Notes: generated by a model from the sequence alone, not told the origin. Positions 41,880 to 55,305 are shown, counted from the stretch's first letter. The stretch is 64,000 bases of DNA from an uncultured cyanobacterium (GCA_963719515.1 CAVRCJ010000004.1:95555-159554), one strand, 5' to 3'. Numbers and translations: made by a program.

Positions 41880-42968
41880 ATGAATCAACGGTTTTTAGGT
41901 GGATTGACGGCTGCCCTCATGGCGACGTCCTTTGGTCAGGTGATGCCCCTCCAGGCATCTGAGCCTGCAGTAGGTGACGACCGGCTCGATGGCGGATTCT
42001 CTCAAACCGCATCATTGCTAGAGGGAGCCAATCAGGCTCCCTCTAACGCGCCTGCAGAGGCATCAGCAGTCAAGATTGGTGAGTATCGCTCAAAGCAGCT
42101 CGACGAGGTGGACGAGGCGGTAGCGGCTATTCACGCCCACGAGATGGACAATCGTCAAGCCGCTACGCTCTACGTGCGCGATATTCCAGTACTAACGACA
42201 TTGGGAGGTGCCGTCGATGAGGGCCAGGCTGAGCCTGTAGGCTCAGCGCAGGTCAAAGTGGGTCAGCCTGCGTCGGTCTTACAAAAGCAGTCTGTAGCTG
42301 ACGGTGCGCCTGCCGATGCTGCCGGGGGGGACACAACTGTCGCTTCCGTTCAAGATCCGGTTTTGCGCGCAACGGCGATCGCCGCCCGCCTCAATCAAGC
42401 TCATAGAGAGCAGTTTGACCCCAGCAACATCACCGCTCGCTGGGAAAGTAAGCAAGAGACCTACGTCATCAAGCTAGGCGACGAGGTTCTGGTGACCTTT
42501 GACAACCGCGTCACGCTTCCCAACTCAACGGGCAATGAGGCAGAGGATGTTCTTCAAATTGCCAACCGCATCCGCCGGCAGCTAGGCGCTGAGCCTTTGA
42601 CAGAAATTGAGGGCGCCCCCGAGCCACCCGTACAGGAGGTTGCCGTGGGTCCAATGCGGGTGCGGTTCTCCGGCATGGCTTCTTGGTATGGCCCTGGGTT
42701 TCATGGCCGTCGCAGCGCCAGCGGCGAGGTGTTCAACCAAAACGCCTTGACGGCAGCTCATCCTTCTTTGCCGTTTGGTACCCTACTTCAGGTCACCAAC
42801 GCCAATACCGGCAGCACCGTGACGGTGCGCGTCAACGATCGCGGCCCCTATGCCGGACATCGCGTCATCGATCTCTCGGCAGGTGCAGCGCGGGCGATTG
42901 GCATGATTCGTTCTGGGGTTGCGCCCGTGCGAGTAGAAGTTCTGGGACAGGGCCGGGCTGCTAACTAG
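41880..42968 (+). CDS. rlpA: Septal ring lytic transglycosylase RlpA family
   Basis: GMASWYGPGFHG..ASGE, TAAH..LPFGT, VNDRGP, IDLS. Confidence 0.92.
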   Translation: MNQRFLGGLTAALMATSFGQVMPLQASEPAVGDDRLDGGFSQTASLLEGANQAPSNAPAEASAVKIGEYRSKQLDEVDEAVAAIHAHEMDNRQAATLYVRDIPVLTTLGGAVDEGQAEPVGSAQVKVGQPASVLQKQSVADGAPADAAGGDTTVASVQDPVLRATAIAARLNQAHREQFDPSNITARWESKQETYVIKLGDEVLVTFDNRVTLPNSTGNEAEDVLQIANRIRRQLGAEPLTEIEGAPEPPVQEVAVGPMRVRFSGMASWYGPGFHGRRSASGEVFNQNALTAAHPSLPFGTLLQVTNANTGSTVTVRVNDRGPYAGHRVIDLSAGAARAIGMIRSGVAPVRVEVLGQGRAAN

Positions 42969-43010
42969 GCTGTAGCGCTGCCGCTGGCCACTGAAGGGAT
43001 TTAGTTCCCC

Positions 43011-43050
43011 CGAAGTCGTCTTGTGCTGTCCTGCGTACAAGACGACTTCG
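43011..43050. repeat. Hairpin with a 14-bp perfect stem downstream of rlpA (possible terminator or mRNA stabiliser)
   Basis: CGAAGTCGTCTTGT-N12-ACAAGACGACTTCG. Confidence 0.6.
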
Positions 43051-43104
43051 AAGTGAAGAGGAATTATGTAAACTACTAGGCAAAGACACACATACGGGGA
43101 TCAG

Positions 43105-44679
43105 GTGCGCTGGCTGACAACAACGGTAGAACTACGACAGTACTTGGACTTTCACCGCTTTTCCTCCGTCCTAGAGGATGACACCCTAGAGCAGCCGCAC
43201 CATCCCTATACGGTGGGATTGGTGCCCACCATGGGGGCTCTACACGAGGGGCACTTGAGCTTAATCCGCCGCGCTCGCCAGGAAAATGACCTGGTTGTTG
43301 TCAGTATCTTCGTCAACCCGCTGCAGTTCGGCCCTGACGAGGATTTAGACCGCTATCCCCGCGATCGCCATCAGGACTCAACGCTTTGCGAGCAGGCGGA
43401 TGTCGATGCGGTGTTTGCCCCCTCTCCAGCCGATATGTATGGCGCTATCGATCATCCCGGCCAGTTGACCCAGGTGGTTCCACCTCAGCGGATGGTCGAA
43501 AAGCTTTGCGGCCTCCGGCGCAGGAACCACTTTGAAGGCGTCGCTACCGTCGTCCTGAAATTGTTCAACCTTGTCTCGCCGCAGCGGGCATACTTCGGCC
43601 GTAAAGATGCCCAGCAGCTCGCCATTTTGCGGCAGATGGCGGAAGATTTGAGCTGTCCTGTGACGATAGTGGCCTGTCCCATAGTGCGCGAGGCTGACGG
43701 GCTGGCCCTCAGCTCTCGCAACCGCTACCTCACGCCAGAAGAGCGCAGCGAAGCGCCCCTCATCTACCAGGCGCTCCAGGTGGCAAAAGACAAGTTTAAG
43801 CAGGGTGAGCGGGACGGCGCTGTTTTAGTGGGGGCTGTTCGCGCCCTGCTGGAGCGCTCTAGTCTGCTGGAGATTGAGTACATCGATCTCGTTCACCCCC
43901 AGACGCTTGTTCCTCTAGAGCAGATTACCCACACCGGGCTACTGGCGATCGCGGTACGGTTGGGGGCTACTCGACTAATTGACAACCTGCTGCTGCAGGG
44001 ACGCCGCCCTATAATCGCCATTGACGGTCCGGCAGGAGCAGGCAAATCGACGGTGGCCCGGCGGGTGGCCCAGCAGCTGGGGCTGCTGTATTTAGATACG
44101 GGGGCGATGTACCGGGCGGTAACCTGGCTGGCGCTGGAGACCAATACGCCCGTGCAGGACGAAGCGGCGATCGCGGCGCTGGTGCGTCAAAGCGAGATTC
44201 GGCTGAAGGCTCCCGATGAAGTCGGAAAGCCGGTGCAGGTATGGATTGATGGGCGAGAGGTGACCCAAGAAATTCGTCTACCCGAGGTGGCGGCCCAGGT
44301 TTCGGCGATCGCAGCCCAGCCGGTAGTCCGACAGGAACTTGTTAGGCAGCAGCAGCAGTATGGTCGCCAGGGAGGAATTGCCCTCGATGGCCGAGATATT
44401 GGCACCCACGTGTTTCCCGATGCGGAGGTGAAAGTATTTTTGACCGCTTCCGTTCACGAACGGGCACGGCGGCGACAGCAGGATATGGCGCAGCAGGGAC
44501 AGCCGGTTCAGTCTATAGAAGATATCGAAAAGTCTATTTATCAGCGGGACCACAAAGACACAACGCGGGCGATCGCCCCCCTGCGTAAAGCGCCCGATGC
44601 GGTGGAGGTGCAGACAGATGCCCTATCTGTAGATGAGGTGGTGAGTCAGATTGTTGCGCTGTACCATCAAGTTGATTGA
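43105..44679 (+). CDS. panC/cmk: Bifunctional pantoate-beta-alanine ligase / cytidylate kinase
   Basis: PTMGALHEGH, FVNPLQF, GLALSSRN, RLIDN, then IAIDGPAGAGKST, DGRDIGT. Confidence 0.96.
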   Translation: MRWLTTTVELRQYLDFHRFSSVLEDDTLEQPHHPYTVGLVPTMGALHEGHLSLIRRARQENDLVVVSIFVNPLQFGPDEDLDRYPRDRHQDSTLCEQADVDAVFAPSPADMYGAIDHPGQLTQVVPPQRMVEKLCGLRRRNHFEGVATVVLKLFNLVSPQRAYFGRKDAQQLAILRQMAEDLSCPVTIVACPIVREADGLALSSRNRYLTPEERSEAPLIYQALQVAKDKFKQGERDGAVLVGAVRALLERSSLLEIEYIDLVHPQTLVPLEQITHTGLLAIAVRLGATRLIDNLLLQGRRPIIAIDGPAGAGKSTVARRVAQQLGLLYLDTGAMYRAVTWLALETNTPVQDEAAIAALVRQSEIRLKAPDEVGKPVQVWIDGREVTQEIRLPEVAAQVSAIAAQPVVRQELVRQQQQYGRQGGIALDGRDIGTHVFPDAEVKVFLTASVHERARRRQQDMAQQGQPVQSIEDIEKSIYQRDHKDTTRAIAPLRKAPDAVEVQTDALSVDEVVSQIVALYHQVD

Positions 44680-44713
44680 GCTCAGGCAGGCGGGATTGTG
44701 CCTTAAAGCTCTT

Positions 44714-46411
44714 TTATTCCTGCAAGCGCATGCGGTACAGCGTCTCTTTCTTCTCTGACAACAGGTCTTCCAAAATCACATTGCTTGAAATCTTTTTCCG
44801 AATATGGCCGCCCGATATATCTGGCCTACTTCGCAGCAGGGTGCAGCCATTACTTTGAGCAATCACCTCGGAAGTTTCAGCCGGACCGCCATACTTCAAA
44901 AACTGTATAGGTCTTGAAGCTTTAAATGAACCACGCAGGATAAAAAACGAATTAGGATAGAGCTTATTCAATAGATCGGAAAATGCCGAGTCCGCCCATC
45001 TGTCGCCATAAAAGAGCGCAGAGCGTATCGTGGAAGCGCGCCGCTCTAAGACGACGAGGCAACCTTGATACTGAGGTTCATCGAGGGTGTTCTCGATGTT
45101 CTGCATTCGCCGTGAGAGGTTTTGAAATCTTGAAGAAACCTGATCATAAGACAGATTGTACTGCTGGATGCTAGTCCCTATGCACAGAGCGTAGACAAAC
45201 GCACAGGCTGCAGGGGCCAAATAAGGTATCCGAATGTCGGCGGCTAGGGACTCAATCCACGTCACCATCAGGACGAGAAGCAGCCCGCACAGGCCTACGG
45301 CCAAGACAAGATAGCGAGAGTGAGCAAATTCGTTGATGGTAACGAAAACTTGACTCCACATGACAATTGTCAGCCAGAGAATCAGTCGATTTCGTCGTTC
45401 GTCCAGCTCTGTGGCGGACGTCCTCGATGTTTCGGCTCCTGACCGTTTCATCTTGCCTAGCAGCCGTAGAACGCCCGAAATGACGCACAGTGCGCTTATG
45501 GCAAAGAGAAGATAGAAGAAAATATTGTCTCGCTCAAATAGTTTTGCCAGTCGCGTTCCAAGCGTAGCCGGTGAAGAGAGCCCCCGATCGCCCGTGCCAT
45601 ACTTACCGCTTGTCAAAGCGATGCCGCTCATCCACCGCCATACGCGTCCGTACTCGCTGAGGATAGGCAGCGTCGCAGCAACAAACGTCACAACTGACGT
45701 CGCTAATGCCAACAGCTTCAGCCGGTATCCAGCGATCGCCAAGCCAAAGATAATCGCGGGAAGGAACGTGATCTTGGTTGCCATCCCCAGACCGAATATC
45801 ACCCCCAAGCTCAGCGCAAACCAACGCGTTTTGTCAACGCCGCGGCGAAACAGATAGACCACCAAAAGCGTCGCCAGCAGCTGGCTAAAGAAAAAGATAG
45901 CTGTTTCAGGATCAACGCGGCTGGGCTCGTTGACGGCGAGCGTTCTCACCAACAGGAGAGGCGTCAGCTGACTCAAAAGCGCCAGCAGCAGCCGATTGGT
46001 CAACAGAAATACCGTCAGCCCCAGCGCCAAAACTCCCAGCATACATAGCCCTAGCAGCGCATAGCTGATGCCGCTGAGGTAGGGTTCAGGGTCGCTCAGG
46101 ACCGCCTCGCTGAAGCTGAGGACTGGCTGACCTGTGAGCAGCGACGCCGCAGACCGCAGACCATAGTTTAGCCAAAGAGCCATCGCCCCCAAGAGCTGAA
46201 CGGGCGTTCCGGGATGAACTGTAAGCCCTGGCGGTAAAAAATTTGCCATGGCCAGAGAGCTGACCAAGTAGGCGTAGTCTGGATCTGGGTTAGGTCCTAG
46301 CCAGTAGGCAATCTTCTGGTGGCCCAGAGTAGCAAAGGCCGCTCCGTAAACCAGGGGCGTGAGCGCAAGGAGTCCAACTCGAGCGAGGTATCTTGTCGGC
46401 TTAGCTTTCAT
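44714..46411 (-). CDS. Multi-pass membrane protein, possibly GT-C/ArnT-like
   Basis: 565 aa with many TM helices; DPDYAYL and HPGTP motifs in the first loop, ATK motif. Confidence 0.6.
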   Translation of the reverse strand: MKAKPTRYLARVGLLALTPLVYGAAFATLGHQKIAYWLGPNPDPDYAYLVSSLAMANFLPPGLTVHPGTPVQLLGAMALWLNYGLRSAASLLTGQPVLSFSEAVLSDPEPYLSGISYALLGLCMLGVLALGLTVFLLTNRLLLALLSQLTPLLLVRTLAVNEPSRVDPETAIFFFSQLLATLLVVYLFRRGVDKTRWFALSLGVIFGLGMATKITFLPAIIFGLAIAGYRLKLLALATSVVTFVAATLPILSEYGRVWRWMSGIALTSGKYGTGDRGLSSPATLGTRLAKLFERDNIFFYLLFAISALCVISGVLRLLGKMKRSGAETSRTSATELDERRNRLILWLTIVMWSQVFVTINEFAHSRYLVLAVGLCGLLLVLMVTWIESLAADIRIPYLAPAACAFVYALCIGTSIQQYNLSYDQVSSRFQNLSRRMQNIENTLDEPQYQGCLVVLERRASTIRSALFYGDRWADSAFSDLLNKLYPNSFFILRGSFKASRPIQFLKYGGPAETSEVIAQSNGCTLLRSRPDISGGHIRKKISSNVILEDLLSEKKETLYRMRLQE

Positions 46412-46447
46412 GAGTAACGGTTACAAACTACTCAAGCCGCTGAAACG

Positions 46448-48436
<1,989 letters not shown>

Positions 48437-48614
48437 TCAAAGCTCGCTTAGGTCTAATGGTTCCAAAATTCTAGCACAAAAGGCTTGAGCACGGTTTTAG
48501 AGCGGTTAAACGGCAGGTTTACAAGGGGGGTGCATCATACCTTTTATGAGGTTGAACTGCCCTCTAAAGCCCGCTAGGATGATTGACGCGTCGTCGTTTT
48601 GCTTTTGAGGTGCT

Positions 48615-49580
48615 GTGAAATTGACTCAAGACCCTGCTTCTAGGGCTCGCCAGATAGCGCCGTCGTCCGCTCTGCTCCCTGGTCTGCTCGTAGTCTGCGG
48701 CCCCACTGCCGTTGGAAAATCATCCCTAGCGCTAAACCTGGCCCAACGTCTTGGGAGTCCGATCTTGGGGGCGGATTCTCGGCAGGTTTACCGGGAGCTT
48801 GATATTGGTACCGCTAAGCCGACTCTAGAGGAGCGGCAGCGCGTCCCCCACTACTTAATTGATATCTGTGAGCCTACCGAGTTGTTTACGCTAGCAGACT
48901 ATCAGCGCCGCACCCAATCTATAGTAGCTCAGCAGCATCAATCTTCAGCAACGCCTCTACTGGTGGGAGGAACAGGGCTTTATATTCGTGCCATCGTTCG
49001 GGGGCTGAAGATTCCGCGGGTACCGCCCCAGCCGTCGCTGCGATCGCAGCTCAAAGACTTAGGCCAGCCTCACTGCTACGCCCTGATGCAGCAGGTAGAC
49101 CCAAAGTCGGCCCAGGCTGTCCATCCCAACGATCAGGTGAGGACGCTGCGATCGCTAGAGGTATTCTACGCAACGGGTTTGCCGATGTCGGCTCAGCAGG
49201 GGGAACGCCCGCCTACCTACCCGATTTTGCAAATTGGAATCGATTCTGACGGACTGCGCGATCGCATCGAGCGACGCACCCAACAGATGCTCGACGCGGG
49301 CCTAGTAGATGAGGTGCAAAGACTACAACGCCGCTACGGAGCAGATCTACCGCTGCTAAGAACCCTGGGCTACGCCGAAGTTGTGCAGCATCTGCGGGGG
49401 GATTGCACCCTGGCCACCGCTCAGCAGAACATCGTCGACCACACTCGGCAATTCGCCAAGCGCCAGCGCACCTGGTTCTACAGCGATAAGACAATTGAGT
49501 GGTTTGACGCGGAGCGGTCCGACTTGGTGCAGGCGGTCTGGGAACGGGTTGCTGAGGTGGGTCTCGCAAGACTTCCGTAA
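48615..49580 (+). CDS. miaA: tRNA dimethylallyltransferase
   Basis: GPTAVGKS, DSRQVY, IGTAKP, VGGTGLY, FAKRQRTW. Confidence 0.96.
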   Translation: MKLTQDPASRARQIAPSSALLPGLLVVCGPTAVGKSSLALNLAQRLGSPILGADSRQVYRELDIGTAKPTLEERQRVPHYLIDICEPTELFTLADYQRRTQSIVAQQHQSSATPLLVGGTGLYIRAIVRGLKIPRVPPQPSLRSQLKDLGQPHCYALMQQVDPKSAQAVHPNDQVRTLRSLEVFYATGLPMSAQQGERPPTYPILQIGIDSDGLRDRIERRTQQMLDAGLVDEVQRLQRRYGADLPLLRTLGYAEVVQHLRGDCTLATAQQNIVDHTRQFAKRQRTWFYSDKTIEWFDAERSDLVQAVWERVAEVGLARLP

Positions 49581-49693
49581 AAATAACGATCTAAAAAGCG
49601 ACCCCTGACCAAAATTGCTCAACAATACCGAGAGGGAAACGCCTCTGGGCAGCCCACTCTAGCATTGTCTAAGGTTCAGGACTTGGTGAGTAT

Positions 49694-49726
49694 ATCCCCG
49701 GCCCACAGGGTCGGGGATTTTCTTTT
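49694..49726 (+). terminator. Intrinsic terminator-like hairpin between convergent miaA and arsA-like genes
   Basis: ATCCCCGGCCC-ACA-GGGTCGGGGAT followed by TTTCTTTT. Confidence 0.6.
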
Positions 49727-49738
49727 AAACGGGCGTTG

Positions 49739-50908
49739 CTAGAACTGAATCTTGAGATAATCATCTTCCATCTTGGCCCCAGACGGCTGCCGCGCCGCCA
49801 GGGCTTGGGGCAGCACCAGGTTACGACGATGATTGCCGATGCGAATGTTGAGTTCGTCCCCCGTCTTGCTCAAGTCGACCTTATCTTTCGGGATTCCAGG
49901 TAAGTAGACCTCTAGGCTAAAGTTGTTGTCCTCTTCCACCACCCGCAGCGTAGTCTCCTTGTAGTAAACCTGCGACGGATCCTCATCGGCAAATAGGGTC
50001 TCTTTCAGGCGCTCTAGCGCCTCTAGCCCGCACATCTCTTGGGTGAACAACGGCACTTCTTTGACCGGCAGCGGATGAAAGTTGTCGTGAATTTCCTGGC
50101 GGTACTGCTGCTGGTTCTCCTTCCACTGCTTAAAGAAAGGGTCGGTAACGGTGTCGGGAATGATGCGGTTGGCAATTATTAGGTCAGTGGCAACGTTGTA
50201 CAGGCTGAGGTAGGCGTGGGCCCGCAGCGACTCCTTGATCACCATTTTCTCAGGGTTGGTGACCAGCCGCACGGAAGTCTTCGTATTGTCTACCAGCACC
50301 CGCTCTAGCGCCTCAATCTGCTCGTAGAACTCGTAGGGGGCGTCCATCACTTCGCGATTGGGCAGGGAGAAGCCAGCAATGGGCCGAAACAGGGGCTCAA
50401 CGAGGGGCCGCAGGGCCACAGACATGGCCTGCAGCGGCTTATAGAATCGGCGCATGTACCACCCCGCCACCTCCGGCAGGCTCAGCAGCCGTAGCGCTGT
50501 TCCCGTCGGCGCTGAGTCAATAATCAAAACGTCAAACTCTTCTTCGTCATAGTGGCGCTTCATGCGCACCAGGCTAAAGATTTCGTCCATTCCCGGTAGG
50601 ATAGCCAGCTCCTCCGCCTCAACCCCGTCTAGCCCTCGCGCCTGCAGCACCTGAGTGATGTAGCGCTTTACGGCCCCCCAGTTACCCTCTAGCTCCATCA
50701 GCGCATCTAGCTCTGCCCCCCAAAGGTTGGGGCGGACTTGGGTCGGCTCGTGCCCCATCTCCATATCGAAGCTATCTGCCAAGGAATGGGCGGGGTCAGT
50801 GCTTAAGACGAGGGTTTTATAGCCAAGCTCAGCGCAGCGCAGCCCTGTTGCCGCCGCAACTGAGGTTTTGCCGACGCCGCCCTTTCCGGTCATCAAGATT
50901 ACGCGCAT
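49739..50908 (-). CDS. ArsA/GET3/TRC40-family ATPase with HSP20-like C-terminal domain
   Basis: [23 protein letters not shown]-terminal alpha-crystallin-like region. Confidence 0.93.
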   Translation of the reverse strand: MRVILMTGKGGVGKTSVAAATGLRCAELGYKTLVLSTDPAHSLADSFDMEMGHEPTQVRPNLWGAELDALMELEGNWGAVKRYITQVLQARGLDGVEAEELAILPGMDEIFSLVRMKRHYDEEEFDVLIIDSAPTGTALRLLSLPEVAGWYMRRFYKPLQAMSVALRPLVEPLFRPIAGFSLPNREVMDAPYEFYEQIEALERVLVDNTKTSVRLVTNPEKMVIKESLRAHAYLSLYNVATDLIIANRIIPDTVTDPFFKQWKENQQQYRQEIHDNFHPLPVKEVPLFTQEMCGLEALERLKETLFADEDPSQVYYKETTLRVVEEDNNFSLEVYLPGIPKDKVDLSKTGDELNIRIGNHRRNLVLPQALAARQPSGAKMEDDYLKIQF

Positions 50909-51042
50909 GGGGTGGAGCCTAAGAGTTTACGTTCTTTTACCTTAGCGAGTTTTGGACGGTCAGGCTGGAAGTCCTGCCTAAAGGTAAGTCCACTGCGGGG
51001 CAAGAAGCAGAGAGACAATCGCCGCGCCGTCAGGAGTATAAA

Positions 51043-52422
51043 ATGACGTGGAAGACTGCTGCTGCCCCCTTGACGCTTGAGGGGGACCTATGCCCTGTTA
51101 TGACGGGTTTTGCCGTGAGAATCGCCATCATTAGCTCTGGATTTTTGCCGGTTGTCGATGGCGTCACCGTAGCCCTCCACCAGCGGGTGCGATCGCTCAG
51201 CCAGTGGGGCCACCAGGTGTTAGTTCTGTGCCCAGACTACCGGCCCATCGCGTCGGTGTATCCCCACTGGGATGACTATGTGGGGGAAATTTTGCCGGGG
51301 GTGCGGGTGGTGGGTCTGCCCAGTGAGCCTTTCATGGGGGTAGCGTTTGAGCGTAACGTCAGCCGCCAGGCCATTCCGGTGATGCAGCAGGCGCTGGGTG
51401 AATTTCAGCCCGATATCATCCATGTCGACGAGCCTGACCGGCTCTTCCTTGGAATGCTGCAGGCCCCAGGGGTAGCCTACGCCCGGACGCAGGGGGTTCC
51501 CTGCGCGGGGTTTTACCATACCCACTTTATTGACTACATTGAGGATTTCTTTCCCCTGCCGCCGCCGCTGCTGGCGCTAGGGCAGTGGGGCTCCTCCCAA
51601 ATTATTCGCCGCGTCTTTCGCGCCTACGACGCGACCCTAGTCTCTAGCCCCAGCGCCGAGCAGCGGCTGCAGCGCATGGGCATCCACAATACCCGGTGCG
51701 ATCGTTTTTTAGGGGTGGATGTGGCCACCTTCGGCTCCCAGCCCCGCGACCCCCAATTCTTTTCGACGCACTACGGCCTTGAGGATCTGGGCGACAGGCT
51801 AAAGCTGGTGTTTTTAGGGCGGCTGACCCCCGACAAGGGCTGGCGCTTCACGCTGCAGGCGCTGTCCCACTGGGCAACCCATCCCGACAGCGCCCCGTAC
51901 CGAAAGCGGGTGGCGCTGATTGTGGTGGGAGATGGGGCGCTGCGACAGGAGATTGAAGCCAGCCTGCGATCGCTGGGGCTGACGGTGCATTTGCTGGGGC
52001 GGGTGCCGCCGGACGCAGTGCCGTCGCTGCTGGCCAACAGCGATATTCACGTCACCACTTCTGAAAAGGAAACGCTGGGGCTGACGGTTTTAGAAGCATT
52101 TGCGGCAGGCATTCCGGTGCTGGCTCCAAGGGCCGGGGGGGTGGTAACGCTAATTCGAGACGGGGAAAACGGGCGGCTGTTCGCCCCTCGAGACGAGGAG
52201 AGCTTTAGGCGATCGCTCCTCAGTTTGGTCTCGGACGCTCAGCAGCGGCAGCGACTGGGACAGCAGGGGCAGCGCGACGTGGCCCCTTACGACTGGAGCA
52301 CCGTCACCCGAACGTTGCTCAAGACTTGGGAGGCGCTGTGCTCATCGCCTCCCAAGAAGCCCTCGTTTAGGCCCTCGTCTGAGCCTTCGTCCAAGCCGAC
52401 AGGTTCAGGCTCAAGCAGATAG
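51043..52422 (+). CDS. Glycosyltransferase family 4
   Basis: F.P.VDGV, YHT, GRL..DKG, ET.GL.VLEAFA.G.PV; true start may be ~51100-51115. Confidence 0.88.
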   Translation: MTWKTAAAPLTLEGDLCPVMTGFAVRIAIISSGFLPVVDGVTVALHQRVRSLSQWGHQVLVLCPDYRPIASVYPHWDDYVGEILPGVRVVGLPSEPFMGVAFERNVSRQAIPVMQQALGEFQPDIIHVDEPDRLFLGMLQAPGVAYARTQGVPCAGFYHTHFIDYIEDFFPLPPPLLALGQWGSSQIIRRVFRAYDATLVSSPSAEQRLQRMGIHNTRCDRFLGVDVATFGSQPRDPQFFSTHYGLEDLGDRLKLVFLGRLTPDKGWRFTLQALSHWATHPDSAPYRKRVALIVVGDGALRQEIEASLRSLGLTVHLLGRVPPDAVPSLLANSDIHVTTSEKETLGLTVLEAFAAGIPVLAPRAGGVVTLIRDGENGRLFAPRDEESFRRSLLSLVSDAQQRQRLGQQGQRDVAPYDWSTVTRTLLKTWEALCSSPPKKPSFRPSSEPSSKPTGSGSSR

Positions 52423-52519
52423 TTTTACCAGTGCGCCCCCGCTCGCCGTAGCTGTTGCGGCTCAATCATTCCCTGGCGTACAGTACGGGAGCCACAACCT
52501 TTCTGGCCGCCATATATCC

Positions 52520-53491
52520 ATGAAGCGTACAAGCCTAAAGCGCCTGATTTCTCTCGTCGTCAGTCTTGGGATCCTCGCCTTGATCTACTGGAAGATTGAC
52601 TTTGACGGCCTGATAGCGGTCTTTCGAGACTGCCACATCGCTTGGATGGCCGTCAGCTTACTGATGGTAGTTCCTATTACGGCAGCGTCGGCCTGGCGGC
52701 TGCAGGTGCTGTCTCCCCCCGAAGCTAAGCTCACCTCGGCGGAGGCTAACCGGCTGATTTTAGCGGCGAGCAGCCTCAACATGGTGCTGCCCTCCAAAAT
52801 GGGAGACATTGCTAAAGCCTATTTCATGCGCGATCGCGGCGGGATTAGCGGGGCGCTGGCGGTGTCGCTGGTGGTGTTTGAAAAGGCTTGCGACATGCTG
52901 TCGCTGCTCCTGTGGTGCGTGTTTGGCCTTATTTTCTATCAGCCGAAGAACTGGCTATTTGTGCTGATGACGGCGGTTATTTTCTCAGGGCTGATTTTAG
53001 GGTCGCTGCTGCTGGCTTCGCCTCGCTTTGCTGGCCTCGCCTTTCACGCGGCGCGGCGGGTGGCCCCCGGTAAGCTGCGCCCCAAAATAGAGGCCATGCA
53101 TGGGTCTTGGGAGGCGATGCATCGCTATGCCTGGCGCGATCGCGATCGGCTGCTGACCATTACGGGGATGTCGGTGGGCATTTGGCTGCTGCACCTGCTG
53201 CAAATCTGGTTTTTTATTCTGGCCCTTAACGCTTGGGTACCCTTTCTGACTAATTTGGCGCTTTCCCCCCTAGCGATCTTGGCGGGGCTGCTGCCCCTGA
53301 CCTTTGCCGGGGTGGGGACGCGAGACGCAGCGTTGATTGCCTTTTACGCGCCTTTCTTTAACGCTCAGGTGGGGGCGGCACTGGGGCTGCTCTGTACCTC
53401 TCGCTATCTGCTGCCTGCGGTAGCAGGGCTGCCTTTTCTAGAGCGATACCTGAGCGCTATTGGGGCCAATCAGCAAAAGGTGTCTCGATAG
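52520..53491 (+). CDS. Lysylphosphatidylglycerol synthase TM-domain (flippase-like) protein
   Basis: N.VLPS..GD..K, E(K/R)..D, LP.T.AG.G.RD. Confidence 0.82.
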   Translation: MKRTSLKRLISLVVSLGILALIYWKIDFDGLIAVFRDCHIAWMAVSLLMVVPITAASAWRLQVLSPPEAKLTSAEANRLILAASSLNMVLPSKMGDIAKAYFMRDRGGISGALAVSLVVFEKACDMLSLLLWCVFGLIFYQPKNWLFVLMTAVIFSGLILGSLLLASPRFAGLAFHAARRVAPGKLRPKIEAMHGSWEAMHRYAWRDRDRLLTITGMSVGIWLLHLLQIWFFILALNAWVPFLTNLALSPLAILAGLLPLTFAGVGTRDAALIAFYAPFFNAQVGAALGLLCTSRYLLPAVAGLPFLERYLSAIGANQQKVSR

Positions 53492-53512
53492 CGAGGTGCT
53501 CTTGGCTTGATA

Positions 53513-53556
53513 GCGCAAATGCCCTAATGCTTACCTAATGCTTAGGGCATTTGCGC
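53513..53556. terminator. Long hairpin between convergent genes
   Basis: GCGCAAATGCCCTAA-N14-TTAGGGCATTTGCGC (15-bp stem). Confidence 0.6.
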
Positions 53557-53843
53557 GCCGCATTACCTATGCTGCGCGAGGGTTTGAGCCCGCGGCCTTG
53601 CCTTAAGCAATGTAGCCAGAGCTATAAGCGCCGCTGGCGGGCGATCGCACTGCTGAGACAATGGGGTCCCCGCTCAAAAGCGCCATGCAGCGGGGCGGTC
53701 GCCCGCTTCGCGTGAGATTTGCCAAAACAGTATCTCACGCGCCTCTACTAGACAGCGCTCTACCTGCAGCGTTCTTCACGCCGCTGGATAACTCTGGAGT
53801 CTCGAATCTATGAGTGCGATCGCAGAATCCAAAAACCCGTAGC

Positions 53844-55121
53844 TCAAGCCGTATGCCGCCGCTTGCGTTTGCCCGGGCTACCGGTATTGGGCTTTCTGCT
53901 TCGAGCAGAACCTGCCTGAGGTTTCGACGTGCGCGACTTCGATCGGCCCCCCTTATCTTGCTTCTCTCCGCCTGGCTCAGGGCCAGCCACCGGCTCATAC
54001 CCTGGAACAATATCTTGAGTGAGCTTGCGTTTGAGTAACTTTTCAATCCCCTTTAACAGCGGCTGCTCATCGTTAGACACTAGCGAAATGGCCTTTCCTT
54101 CGTTTCCGGCCCGCCCAGTCCGACCAATGCGGTGAACGTAGTCCTCTGGCACGTTGGGCAATTCAAAGTTGACGACGTAGGGCAATTGGTCAATGTCCAA
54201 ACCCCGTGAGGCAACGTCTGTCGCGACAAGAACTCGAACCTTGCCTTTCTTAAAGTCGCTCAAGGCGCGGGTTCGCGCCGTCTGGCTTTTGTTGCCGTGA
54301 ATCGCGGCGGTCGTCAGTCCGTCTTTGGCCAGCTGTTCCGCCAGGCGGTTGGCGCCGTGCTTGGTGCGGGTGAACACGAGCACCTGCGGCCAGTTGTTGG
54401 AGCCAATGAGATACGACAGCAGCTCCCGTTTGCGGCTTTTATCTACGGGATGCAGGTGCTGCTCGACTTGCTCAGCAGTGGTGTTGCGGGGCGAAATTTC
54501 AATCTGCACCGGATTGTGCAGCAGCTGACTAGCCAGCTTGCGGATGTCGGTTGAGAAAGTGGCGGAGAACATCAGGGTCTGCCGTGAGGCGGGGAGCTGG
54601 GCCAAAATTTTGCGGATGTCGCGAATGAACCCCATATCCAGCATGCGATCGCATTCATCCAGCACCAATATTTCAACCTTAGAGAGGTCAACTGTGCCCT
54701 GGCTCAGGTGATCGAGTAGCCGGCCCGGCGTCGCCACCACAATGTCGCTGCCCTGTTTCAAAGCCTGAATTTGGCGCACGATGCCCACGCCGCCAAACAC
54801 CACAACCGACTTGATGGGCAGGTATTTGCCATAGGTATTGACGCTGTTGTTCACCTGAGCGGCCAATTCGCGGGTCGGCGTCAGAATGAGGGCTCGCGGG
54901 GCTCGCTGCGCTTTGGCAGAATGCTGGCTGCTCAGGCGCTGCAGCAAGGGCAAGGTAAACCCTGCCGTTTTGCCAGTACCCGTCTGAGCGCTAGCAAAAA
55001 TGTCGTGCCCCTGCAAGATTGGGGGAATCGCCTGCTCCTGAATGGGCGTTGGCGAGTCGTAGCCCTCTTCGTTGACAGCGCGTAAAAGCTCGGCAGCAAG
55101 GCCAAGAGTCTCAAATGTCAT
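53844..55121 (-). CDS. rhlE: DEAD-box RNA helicase, RhlE/CrhC-like
   Basis: [23 protein letters not shown] variant, [11 protein letters not shown], basic tail. Confidence 0.9.
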   Translation of the reverse strand: MTFETLGLAAELLRAVNEEGYDSPTPIQEQAIPPILQGHDIFASAQTGTGKTAGFTLPLLQRLSSQHSAKAQRAPRALILTPTRELAAQVNNSVNTYGKYLPIKSVVVFGGVGIVRQIQALKQGSDIVVATPGRLLDHLSQGTVDLSKVEILVLDECDRMLDMGFIRDIRKILAQLPASRQTLMFSATFSTDIRKLASQLLHNPVQIEISPRNTTAEQVEQHLHPVDKSRKRELLSYLIGSNNWPQVLVFTRTKHGANRLAEQLAKDGLTTAAIHGNKSQTARTRALSDFKKGKVRVLVATDVASRGLDIDQLPYVVNFELPNVPEDYVHRIGRTGRAGNEGKAISLVSNDEQPLLKGIEKLLKRKLTQDIVPGYEPVAGPEPGGEKQDKGGRSKSRTSKPQAGSARSRKPNTGSPGKRKRRHTA

Positions 55122-55305
55122 GGATTTTTAGTCGCTCCTAGTGCCCCTACCCCAAGTAAAATGCTGGGACCAGTCTTAAGAGCAATAAATGTATGGTTCG
55201 CGTTGGACGGCTCGGGTTAACAAGCTCCAAGGCTGCAACGCTAGACCAGCGGTAAGTTGCAGTCTCCTACTCTAACACACGCTCGATAGGCGATTATAAA
55301 CCCGC

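Noticed and set aside
43105..44679. panC-cmk fusion as a novelty
   Set aside because: This is the standard arrangement in cyanobacteria.
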